A stretch of DNA of 64,000 nucleotides, taken from positions 512,001 to 576,000 of the forward strand of contig CBDDIJ010000003.1 in the NCBI GenBank assembly GCA_965228855.1. Reading direction: 5' to 3'. Under the pieces are notes generated by a model. That model did no database searches. It saw nothing but the letters and a program-made list of their open reading frames with translations, and had not been told where the DNA came from. The position numbers and the translations under genes are program-made. The DNA is from Candidatus Obscuribacterales bacterium (GTDB lineage Bacteria; Cyanobacteriota; Vampirovibrionia; Obscuribacterales; Obscuribacteraceae). Shown one piece after another: positions 1 through 8,047 of this stretch. Within the stretch, counting starts at the first letter, position 1, and the number at the start of each line of letters is the position of its first letter.

Positions 1-175
1 CGACGATCTTATCTTGCGAGGCAATTTCGCGAGCGATGTGCTGACCTGATTCGTCTAGCAGGTGAATTAGAACGGCGACAAAAAAGAGCTCGAACACCAG
101 CGGTATCGAGATTATTAGCAGACCCTTTTGCAGGATGCTCTGTCTGCCGCTTTTATTGTCGCCTCTATAAGTCAT
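1..175 (-). CDS. 5' part of a membrane protein, probably a sensor histidine kinase (runs off the window)
   Basis: Manual translation from ATG at 175: MTYRGDNKSGRQSILQKGLLIISIPLVFELFFVAVLIHLLDESGQHIAREIASQDKIV. One TM helix followed by a helical segment resembles sensor kinase N-termini; the catalytic domain is not visible. Confidence 0.55.
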   Translation of the reverse strand, partial: MTYRGDNKSGRQSILQKGLLIISIPLVFELFFVAVLIHLLDESGQHIAREIASQDKIV

Positions 176-347
176 TCAGATAGTGAGCTATAGCTTAGTC
201 TCAGATCCGAGACCTCGTTATTATCTAAATTCCCTGTTTCACGAGAATTCGATACGGCTCAGGCGTTGTTATCGGCAACTCGCGGGCTTTGTTTTCGCGC
301 AAGCGTTTACTGCGATCGCTCGTTTAACTCAACCGACTTCTGGTTTG

Positions 348-3300
348 CTATCTGCGACTGCCTGGTTTAGGCGGTACGTTTTGACCTTGTGGTCCCTGCG
401 GACCGGGTTGGGGACCAGGTGTTTGCGTCTGCGACAATTCCGGGAACCAGGCATTGAGTTTGGCGCTGTCAAAGCCAGTGCTTGCCAGCTTTGCCATAAT
501 GGACGGCTCCTTACAGAGTGCCGGACGTAACTCCAGACCCTTGTGAATATCGGCGATTCCCGCTTCCGGATTTTGTTGATTTGCTGCCATCTTTCTTACG
601 CCCATGGAGACGTAGAGTAGTCCATCCGCTTGACCGATTTTCGAATAGTTAGCTGCATCCTGATTAATCTGAGTTAGCTCTGCTTGAGCTTCTGGTGTAA
701 GCTGACCACCATTTGCATTTGTTGTGGATACGATGACCTGGCGTCTGGTTTCCAGAGAGGACAGTGCCGTTTGCACATCGACCGGATTTACTTTGCTGGC
801 GGACTCGATTGCTTTGGCATAAGCATCCATTACTTGCTGTTCTGTTGGCTGTTCCGGAAGGTCCGCGAACGGCTGCAAGTTTTTAGCATGCTGCTCGCGC
901 AGACGCTCGAATGCCTGCTGAACCTCTTGCGTCACGGAAACTTCCTGAGGCTTATCGCCCTGGAGCGGCAGTTCCGGGAACCATGCCTTCAGCTGACCAT
1001 CCGCTACTCCAGTGCTCTTCAATTTCGAGAGCACCGCCTGATCGTTTGCCAGTTCCGGCCGCATGGTCAGACCTGCCTTGATGTCAGCTTTTCCTGCTTC
1101 AGGGCTGTCCGGCGTCATCTTCAGTCTGACTGCGCCACGTGAAATATTCAAGTAGGCTTCTGACTGATCGATGCGTTTGACCATCTTCAGGTTCGACTCT
1201 ACTTTAGCCAATTCCGTTTTGGTGGCATCATCCGGCTCACCGCCCGTGATACTGCCAATGATAGCTTGCTTTTTCGCTTCCAGAAGCTGGTTGGCTCTTG
1301 CGATATCTTCAGGACTTACCTGTTTGGCGTTTTCGATCGCCGAGCTAAACGCTGCTTCGATCGCGGTGGCGTCGGATGATTCGTTGAGTGATTTCAACGG
1401 CTCCAGGATCTTGCGATGGTTCTCTGTCAGTCTTTCGAATGTCGCTTGATCGGCTTGCGCCTGGCTATCTTCCGGCTTCGCTTCCGGTTTGACCTCCGGT
1501 CTTACTTCCGGTTGCGGTGTAACCTCCGGCTTAACCTCAGTCTGCGGTCCCTCGGGTTTCGATTCCGGTTTGACCTCGGCTTGTGGGACCTGAGGCTTCG
1601 TTTCCGGTTGCACCGTATGTGGTGTCTCCGTTGAGGCAGCAGGTTTCGCCAACTGTTTCTTAGGTTCGGTCAAATTTTCATTGAGGAAACCGTTTAACTT
1701 CTCCGCGCCGCGTTCTTCGGCTGTGTGCGGCTCAAGTTTCCCGACTACGCGACCCTTAATTTTTCCGGATTCGTCTTTGTAAGGTTCCACAACGACAACG
1801 GTCGGCCAGGAGTTTGCTTGCAGTTCATCTACAAGGTCCATGCGCTGTTCGCCGTTGATATCGGTGAAAACCGCTTTGTCTTTCAAGCTTTTTTGAATGC
1901 GATCGTCCGGCCATGCCTTCGCTGTCATATCTATACAGCCTGTGCAATCCGGTGACCCAACTTTTCCTACCAGTCGCCGGCCAGATTTAAACGCGTCCTC
2001 GAGAGCCTTCTCGTACTCAGATCCATCGTATTTCAACTTCTCCGGCTGCACGACCGTCATTTCCGGTTTTGCTTCCGGTGGTGTCGCTGGTGGTGTCGTC
2101 TCCGTTTTACTTTCCGGCGTGGTTTCCGGGTTGTTTTCCGGCTTGACCTCCGGCTTAACTTCCGGCGGTTTGTTCGCGGCGACAAACTGGTCGATGGTTC
2201 CGTCTTTCTTCGCTTTGAGGTAGTCGTCGAATTTGACTTCCGGCAGTTTCTCTTTTAACTGATCGAGCTCATAAGGTGTGCGCATCAGCTGTTCAATGAA
2301 TTGCGGGCTGTTCAGATAAGCCGGATTGTCTTTGGCGCCTTCTTTGATTTTGGCAACTCCCTGGTCGAGTTGCGAGAAGTGCATCTGACTAATGCCGTGG
2401 TTCATCTTCGTCCACGCTGGAGCGTTCGCCATCAGATCGAGTACGCTCTGGCGAGCTTTGAGAGTATCGACCTTTTGCTGGTCGGCGCCTGCACCTTTGG
2501 CGACTTCTGTTTCTAACTCACGAGAAGTTTTTTGCTTAACCAGAGCAACGTCTTTAGGATCGAGCTTGGCGGCTGCGTCTTCGGCCTGGGCATACAAACC
2601 TTCACGCTGAGAGTAGGTCGAGCCTTTTAATTGTTTGAACGAATCTATGATTGTTTTCGCGTGCGGTGCGACCCTTGCTTCGGCCTCTGATTCTTGTAAA
2701 CGAAGCCGTTCTTGTTCGTTTGCTTCCGGTTTCACCGTAGCATCGGAACCGGGTGGAGGAGCATCGGGGGTGATACCACGACTGCCATCCGGTTTTGTAT
2801 CTTGGGCGGCATCCGGTACGTTGTACGAACCCTTGCGCGAGTCCATTGTTGTTTGCGCATGACCAAGCTGCTGCTGGATGATCGTGCCAATCTCCGCGCG
2901 CGAGCCCCAGGTATTTGCAATATGATTTTCGAGTTGAGGTCTGCCATCCGCCCCGGCTTTCGGTGCAAAGATAGCTGTGTACGGGTGATTTGCGTCACCC
3001 CGACTTGCTGCGACTTCTCTTCCTAATTCTGAATTTGGGTCCAATTGTGACATCTCTGCGTAGACATAGACGGCTTTTTGAGCTCCGCCTTTGGCACCAG
3101 GGATAACACCATCGACGAGCTGCTTTGTTTCAGCACTGTTTTTGTTGCCCACGACAACAACAAGTGGAACGCCATCGCGGGCGGCCTTCGCTTTAGCCGC
3201 TTCCATGTCTCCACTGGTGAAGTCGAAGTTCTTCTTGATCGAGTCGTTATACGCCGCGTCAGAAGTCCAACCGACACCTTTGGCTCGGTCTCCGTCAATG

Positions 3301-3404
3301 ATCGTGAAGCCATCACTCATTCCCGGCTTTTTGCTGGGATCGTAGATTTTATTGGCTTCTTTTAAGATCGATAACGGATCTGGATTTAATACTCTGGGAT
3401 TCAC
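348..3404 (-). CDS. Large multidomain protein with thioredoxin-like domain(s), P/E-rich linkers and duplicated helical modules; probably extends to ATG 3533 through an in-frame TGA
   Basis: 1018-aa ORF. GSPDCTGC...ANSWPTVVVVEP gives a CxxC (1935-1946) plus the cis-Pro strand of a Trx fold. A Cys-less Trx-like segment lies near the N-terminus. KPEV/KPE repeats and two ~165-aa C-terminal repeats are present. Confidence 0.8.
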   Translation of the reverse strand: MNPRVLNPDPLSILKEANKIYDPSKKPGMSDGFTIIDGDRAKGVGWTSDAAYNDSIKKNFDFTSGDMEAAKAKAARDGVPLVVVVGNKNSAETKQLVDGVIPGAKGGAQKAVYVYAEMSQLDPNSELGREVAASRGDANHPYTAIFAPKAGADGRPQLENHIANTWGSRAEIGTIIQQQLGHAQTTMDSRKGSYNVPDAAQDTKPDGSRGITPDAPPPGSDATVKPEANEQERLRLQESEAEARVAPHAKTIIDSFKQLKGSTYSQREGLYAQAEDAAAKLDPKDVALVKQKTSRELETEVAKGAGADQQKVDTLKARQSVLDLMANAPAWTKMNHGISQMHFSQLDQGVAKIKEGAKDNPAYLNSPQFIEQLMRTPYELDQLKEKLPEVKFDDYLKAKKDGTIDQFVAANKPPEVKPEVKPENNPETTPESKTETTPPATPPEAKPEMTVVQPEKLKYDGSEYEKALEDAFKSGRRLVGKVGSPDCTGCIDMTAKAWPDDRIQKSLKDKAVFTDINGEQRMDLVDELQANSWPTVVVVEPYKDESGKIKGRVVGKLEPHTAEERGAEKLNGFLNENLTEPKKQLAKPAASTETPHTVQPETKPQVPQAEVKPESKPEGPQTEVKPEVTPQPEVRPEVKPEAKPEDSQAQADQATFERLTENHRKILEPLKSLNESSDATAIEAAFSSAIENAKQVSPEDIARANQLLEAKKQAIIGSITGGEPDDATKTELAKVESNLKMVKRIDQSEAYLNISRGAVRLKMTPDSPEAGKADIKAGLTMRPELANDQAVLSKLKSTGVADGQLKAWFPELPLQGDKPQEVSVTQEVQQAFERLREQHAKNLQPFADLPEQPTEQQVMDAYAKAIESASKVNPVDVQTALSSLETRRQVIVSTTNANGGQLTPEAQAELTQINQDAANYSKIGQADGLLYVSMGVRKMAANQQNPEAGIADIHKGLELRPALCKEPSIMAKLASTGFDSAKLNAWFPELSQTQTPGPQPGPQGPQGQNVPPKPGSRR
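435..1452 (-). repeat. Two diverged ~165-aa helical repeats inside the 1018-aa protein
   Basis: QATFERLTENH...PEAGKADIKAGLTMRPEL...LKAWFPEL versus QQAFERLREQH...PEAGIADIHKGLELRPAL...LNAWFPEL; boundaries are approximate. Confidence 0.8.
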
Positions 3405-3708
3405 AACCTGTGAATCGGGTCTGACATCGTTCGGTCTTGGCTGCGGATTATCCGGATAAGGCCTCGGTTGAGGCTGTGGATAATAAGGCTGCGGATAGTA
3501 CGGTGTCGGACATGGACGCGGACCTCAACCCATGGACCTGTTTCCTCTTGAGCTACTACATCGAGAGGCGGAATGCCTCTGTCCGACAATAATAGAAGGC
3601 GGTCGTGAACAATTTGTACCCAAAAAAGCGCTGTGTTCGTAATAACCGCACCATACCGGCTTTTCAATATCAAAACTTTTTGAGAACCAAATTCTTTTTT
3701 TAATAAAC

Positions 3709-4650
3709 CTAAACCGCTCGGCCGGAAAGCATCAAGTCTTCGATCTCGGCTTTTGTCGGCAATGAGGCAGCTGCTCCCATTTTTGTTGTTGCGAGCGCTC
3801 CACCGGCACACGCGAAACGCAATGCGGTTTTGATATCGTCGCCTTCAGCGAGCCTTGCGGCCAGAGCCCCAACGAATGCGTCGCCTGCGGCCGTTGTGTC
3901 CTGAACTTTCACAGGGAACGCCGGCGCGTAAAGTTCATTCTTTTGTTCATCCAAACCAATCACGCCCTTGTCCCCTAATGTGACGAGGACCGTTTTAATA
4001 CCGGTCGCCTGCAGTTGTTCTGCGGCTTTAAGTGCGGTTTCTTTGCTGTTTACTTTTATACCGGTGAGCAATGATGCTTCCGATTCGTTTGGAACGAATA
4101 TGTCGATGTTGCGCAATAGTCCCGGCGGTAACTTCCCATCTTGAGGGGCTGGAGCTGGGTTTAGAAGAACGATTTTGCCTTCCTCCTTGCAGACTTGCGC
4201 GGCATGCGTCACTGTCATCAAGGGACTTTCCAGTTGAAGAACCACTATTTTGCTATTGCGAATTTTGTCCATGGCATCGTCGATGTCCTGCGGGCAAAGG
4301 TTTTCATTTGATCGGGTAGCGATCACGATGCTATTGTCGCCTTGCGGATCTATATAAATGTTAGCGAGTCCTGTACCGACATCAGGATCTTTGATGACGG
4401 AGGATGCGTCTGCTCCTGCTTCTTGCAAAGTGCTGATGATCATGTCGGCGTAGGAATCATTGCCAACGCGACCGATCATCGCAGTTTTGGCGCCTGCTCT
4501 GGCTGCCGCTAAAGCCTGGTTGTTACCCTTTCCGCCTACGAATGTTTGGTATGAGTCTGCTTTGATTGTTTCTCCACGTGCCGGTCGATACGGAACGCCA
4601 AAAACCATATCGAGACTCAAACTACCAATTACAAGAACTCCTTCAGACAT
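3709..4650 (-). CDS. rbsK: Ribokinase (PfkB family)
   Basis: GGKGNNQALAAARAG, PNESEA and DTTAAGDAFVG PfkB signatures. ATG at 4650 is preceded by AAGGAG. Confidence 0.93.
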   Translation of the reverse strand: MSEGVLVIGSLSLDMVFGVPYRPARGETIKADSYQTFVGGKGNNQALAAARAGAKTAMIGRVGNDSYADMIISTLQEAGADASSVIKDPDVGTGLANIYIDPQGDNSIVIATRSNENLCPQDIDDAMDKIRNSKIVVLQLESPLMTVTHAAQVCKEEGKIVLLNPAPAPQDGKLPPGLLRNIDIFVPNESEASLLTGIKVNSKETALKAAEQLQATGIKTVLVTLGDKGVIGLDEQKNELYAPAFPVKVQDTTAAGDAFVGALAARLAEGDDIKTALRFACAGGALATTKMGAAASLPTKAEIEDLMLSGRAV

Positions 4651-4784
4651 GCGACACTCCTTGCGACTTTGAGACCCTGAGAGCCCTTGCGTGGCGAGAA
4701 ACCTCTGCCAGCTTATTGGGTTCGCAAACCTGAACCCTCGGTGGTGGAGTACCGTCGGGTTCGGTTGCGAACGTGCCACGCCCG

Positions 4785-4790
4785 ATTATA
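4785..4790 (-). promoter_or_regulatory. Putative -10 box (TATAAT) for rbsK
   Basis: Plus-strand attata at 4785-4790 reads TATAAT on the minus strand, directly upstream of a structured leader. Confidence 0.45.
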
Positions 4791-4823
4791 TTCGCTTGAC
4801 TTCGCCTCCGGTTTCGAACATGC

Positions 4824-5054
4824 GTTGCGGAAACTCGTTAAGCTCGTTCCGCTAATAGGTGAATCAATTTGTTGCGTTTCCAGCTTCGCAAAAACGAGAT
4901 TTGGCTCTAAGTGTACGTCGGTGCTTGCTTTTCAGCATTTCCCTTGTGGAGGGAACCTCCTTAAGAAGTTATGCGCACCTACGAGTCCTGTTACCTCAGC
5001 AACCAATGAGTGCTTCTTTGCTTGGTAGCCTTCGCTCTGCACGACGATTCGCTG
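4824..5054. repeat. Intergenic repeat element, copy 1 (~231 nt)
   Basis: Aligns to 7115-7346 with about 29 substitutions and 1 indel by manual count. Invariant blocks include GCATTTCCCTTGTGGAGGGAACC and TTTGCTTGGTAGCCTTCGCTCTGCACGA. Confidence 0.9.
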
Positions 5055-5104
5055 GTCTGTATAATTGCTTCCTTTGCCGCTACGATTCAATCCAGGTGAC
5101 ATCC

Positions 5105-6100
5105 ATGCCAAAGATAATCAAACTCCACGCGCTTGGCGGAGTTGAAGAACTAAGAGTCGAGGATGTGGAACCTCAAGAGCCCGGTCCGGGAGAAGTTCGC
5201 ATCAAGGTGAAAGCGATTGGTTTAAATCGAGCAGAGGTTTTATTCCGCCAGGGGATGTATCTGGAGATGCCTAAGCTGCCGTCGCGAATCGGATACGAGG
5301 CGTCAGGGTACGTCGACAAGGTTGGCTCCGGCGTGAGCGAATTCAAGGTCGGCGAGTATGTCAGCACCATCCCTGCGTTTGCAATGAGTCAATATGGCGT
5401 TTATGGTGAGGAAGCTGTAGTCCCAGCAAGAGCTCTATCACACGTTCCAGCCAGCTTGACACCGGCTGAGGCAGCGAGCGTCTGGATGCAGTATCTCACC
5501 GCAGGCGGTGCTCTCATTGAGATCGGCAAATTACAACATGGTCAGTTCGTGGTGGTCACCGCAGGCAGTAGCAGTGTCGGTCTAGCGGCGATTCAAGTTA
5601 TTAAAGACGCTGGTGCCATCTCTATTTTGACGACTCGGACAACGAAGAAAAAACAAGCTCTTCTCGATGCCGGTGCGGACCACGTGATTGTGACTGATGA
5701 TGAGAAACTGTCCGAGCGTGTAATGCAAATCACCAATGAAAAAGGTGCCGACATCATCTTCGACTCAGTTGCCGGAGGGCTAATAACCGAACTTGCGAAG
5801 TGCGCGAAGCTCGAAGCGCAGATAATCATCTACGGTGCGTTGAGCCTGGAAACAACTCCATTGCCGTTTAAGCTCGCGTTGAAAAAAGGCCTTATCATTC
5901 GAGGCTATACGATGCATCTAGTGACCGATGACGATGACCGCTACGCGCGCATGCGAAAGTACATCACTGACCGCCTGGAGAGTGGTGTGTTTAAACCGGT
6001 GGTCGATTCCAAACTCTTTGATCTGGAGCACCTCGGAGAATCGCATACATACATGGAGTCAAATCAACAACTCGGTAAGGTCGTGGTGCAAGTGAGCTAG
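5105..6100 (+). CDS. NADPH:quinone reductase / MDR (zeta-crystallin-like) oxidoreductase
   Basis: GEVRIKVKAIGLNRAE, GYEASG, TAGSSSVGLAAIQ and QQLGKVVV motifs. The true start is likely ATG 5105 (MPKIIKL). Confidence 0.9.
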   Translation: MPKIIKLHALGGVEELRVEDVEPQEPGPGEVRIKVKAIGLNRAEVLFRQGMYLEMPKLPSRIGYEASGYVDKVGSGVSEFKVGEYVSTIPAFAMSQYGVYGEEAVVPARALSHVPASLTPAEAASVWMQYLTAGGALIEIGKLQHGQFVVVTAGSSSVGLAAIQVIKDAGAISILTTRTTKKKQALLDAGADHVIVTDDEKLSERVMQITNEKGADIIFDSVAGGLITELAKCAKLEAQIIIYGALSLETTPLPFKLALKKGLIIRGYTMHLVTDDDDRYARMRKYITDRLESGVFKPVVDSKLFDLEHLGESHTYMESNQQLGKVVVQVS

Positions 6101-6211
6101 TAGAATGTCCTTCAAAAAATGGGAGATTCCCTTTCGCACAGCTTAGCGTGAAATCACCCTTGCCGACCAAGCTCCTACGTGATGAAATTGGTGTTACGAG
6201 AGGACTGAAAC

Positions 6212-6949
6212 ATGCATGCGAGACACCCGGTCGTTTTAATCTTGGTTGTTCTGAGCACTCTGTATTTGGTGGATCTATTCGTTGGCAGATTGTTGTTTAT
6301 CGATGAAGAACCAAAATCTTTTTTGCACGTGGCACAGGCAGGAGTCGAGTGTTCGGAGTGCAAGTCCATGTACGAGATACTTCCTAGGAACACGGCGTTT
6401 ACTAGATTTTCCGATTGCTTTCACTCGGTAAGTTGTTGTGGCTACGGACGTAAGCGCTTCTATCGTTTTCCTGCTTTTAGCGACGGAATCGAGCGAGTCA
6501 AAAGGGCGATAAAACTTAGAAGAGCAGCCGCGCGTTCTGCGTCCTTGAGCGATTATTCAGAGTTTCTCATTGAGAAACCCTTCAAGGGACTTACCTTTGA
6601 ACAAACGATAGACATGCTCGGTTGTCCCAGTGTACTCGGCAAGCAGTCATTGTTGAAGGACGCTGATATGACGGTGCCGTTCGATGCCTATAATCTTTCT
6701 CTCTTCTTCGACGATGGAATTTGTTTAGGCGCAATTCAATGGAAACCTTCCACTGCCGGAAAGAATCTCTGGGAGCCTAAATCTGCTAAAGACTTCGATT
6801 TGACAGCTGTATTTGAACCTCCGCCGGGCTCAGAGTTAGCGGGTCGGCTGCTACCGTCAACAAATTTCAGCAAGATGGCGAGTTCGGGTAAACCCCTCAG
6901 ACTTGAAGAGATTCCAGTTTTGACCAAGCCATATCACAATCACGAGTAA
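6212..6949 (+). CDS. Hypothetical membrane-anchored protein, possibly truncated by a premature stop
   Basis: N-terminal TM helix and a GLTFEQTIDMLGCPS SmpA/OmlA-like motif. The frame stays open for another 46 codons after TAA 6949. Confidence 0.55.
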   Translation: MHARHPVVLILVVLSTLYLVDLFVGRLLFIDEEPKSFLHVAQAGVECSECKSMYEILPRNTAFTRFSDCFHSVSCCGYGRKRFYRFPAFSDGIERVKRAIKLRRAAARSASLSDYSEFLIEKPFKGLTFEQTIDMLGCPSVLGKQSLLKDADMTVPFDAYNLSLFFDDGICLGAIQWKPSTAGKNLWEPKSAKDFDLTAVFEPPPGSELAGRLLPSTNFSKMASSGKPLRLEEIPVLTKPYHNHE

Positions 6950-7114
6950 GTGTCGGCTTTGAACACCATATATGGTGCTTCGCGGAGCTCTTATGAATAC
7001 ACCATCGTAGACGGGCTAATTGAACGCATGGATTTGGAAAGCCCAGACTCAGACTCTGTGAGCCGCTCTGAAGCATTCTCAAAAGATTAATGACGTTCCG
7101 CACATGGGTCAGGT

Positions 7115-7346
7115 GTTGCAGACACTCGTTAAGATCCTTCCCCTATTAGGTGAATGTATTTGTTGCGTTTCCAGCTTCGTAAATGCGAAAATTTGCTCTA
7201 AGCGTCCGTCAGTGTTTGCTTTTCGGCATTTCCCTTGTGGAGGGAACCACCTTAAGATGTTGCGCGCACCTACGACTCCTGTTACTTCAGCAACTAATGG
7301 GTGCTTGTTTTGCTTGGTAGCCTTCGCTCTGCACGATGATTCGCTG
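7115..7346. repeat. Intergenic repeat element, copy 2 (~232 nt)
   Basis: Direct-orientation homolog of 4824-5054. Confidence 0.9.
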
Positions 7347-7507
7347 TCTCCGTAAATTTTTGGTTTCGGGTGCTTTTGTGCGCGACACGCAAGAGCTTCG
7401 GTGATGGGTGACTTAAGTCATATGATTTTATGACGTGACGCAGATGCGACGTTGTCTAGGTTTCGCCATACTGCTAGAAGATTTCTTCGTTTGCAGGATG
7501 GCTAAAG

Positions 7508-8047
7508 ATGACGATTTTTATTGACGTCGTTTCTAGATTACTAGTTCATGGTATCACTGTTGGTGCCTCGATTCTTGGAGCTGCTCATGTGCTTAGCTGT
7601 TTCAACGCGCCAATCAGGCAAGATAATAACGGTGAGGCATTTCTTCAAATACTTGCTCGCTATCACATGCGGGTTGAATGTCACGCGCCGTGTGGAAACG
7701 ACTGGGGCTACGATTATTTTGCTCAATCCGCGCCTTTCCAGATTATCGCTATGATTGTTTGCACCGCGGTGATTTATCTTGGTCTCTCGCTAATAGTTGG
7801 AATTCTTCCAGGTCGCGACGAGTCTTATTTGAGGTTTTTCATGCGCAGACTGTTGGTCGTTTTCGTCGTTGCCGGCACGGCAGTAAGTGGTATCTACTCA
7901 TGTGTTAGCGCAGCCGTGGACAGGGCGCAGTTCAAATATAATTACGGACTTAACGCATCGCCATCAGTAGCGAACGTATTAACCATAACAGAAGACGTCG
8001 TGCGCGATGGGATGACTGGCTATTCGCCTTCGGTCGGATCGAAATAG
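7508..8047 (+). CDS. Hypothetical membrane protein (about 3 TM)
   Basis: 179-aa ORF with three hydrophobic segments and an ATG preceded by AGGA; no family recognised. Confidence 0.55.
   Translation: MTIFIDVVSRLLVHGITVGASILGAAHVLSCFNAPIRQDNNGEAFLQILARYHMRVECHAPCGNDWGYDYFAQSAPFQIIAMIVCTAVIYLGLSLIVGILPGRDESYLRFFMRRLLVVFVVAGTAVSGIYSCVSAAVDRAQFKYNYGLNASPSVANVLTITEDVVRDGMTGYSPSVGSK

Noticed and set aside
3525..3527. Genome-wide TGA reassignment (code 4 or 25) as the explanation of the in-frame TGA
   Set aside because: TGA terminates several well-defined genes here at the expected family length (for example 13913, 38311, 56124 and queE), and Trp is encoded by TGG.
4687..5104. ORF-track peptides across the repeat (4687-5028, 7104-7355) and the 4859 extension of the quinone reductase
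   Set aside because: Differences between the copies are mostly non-synonymous with stops or an indel, and family similarity of the reductase begins at ATG 5105.
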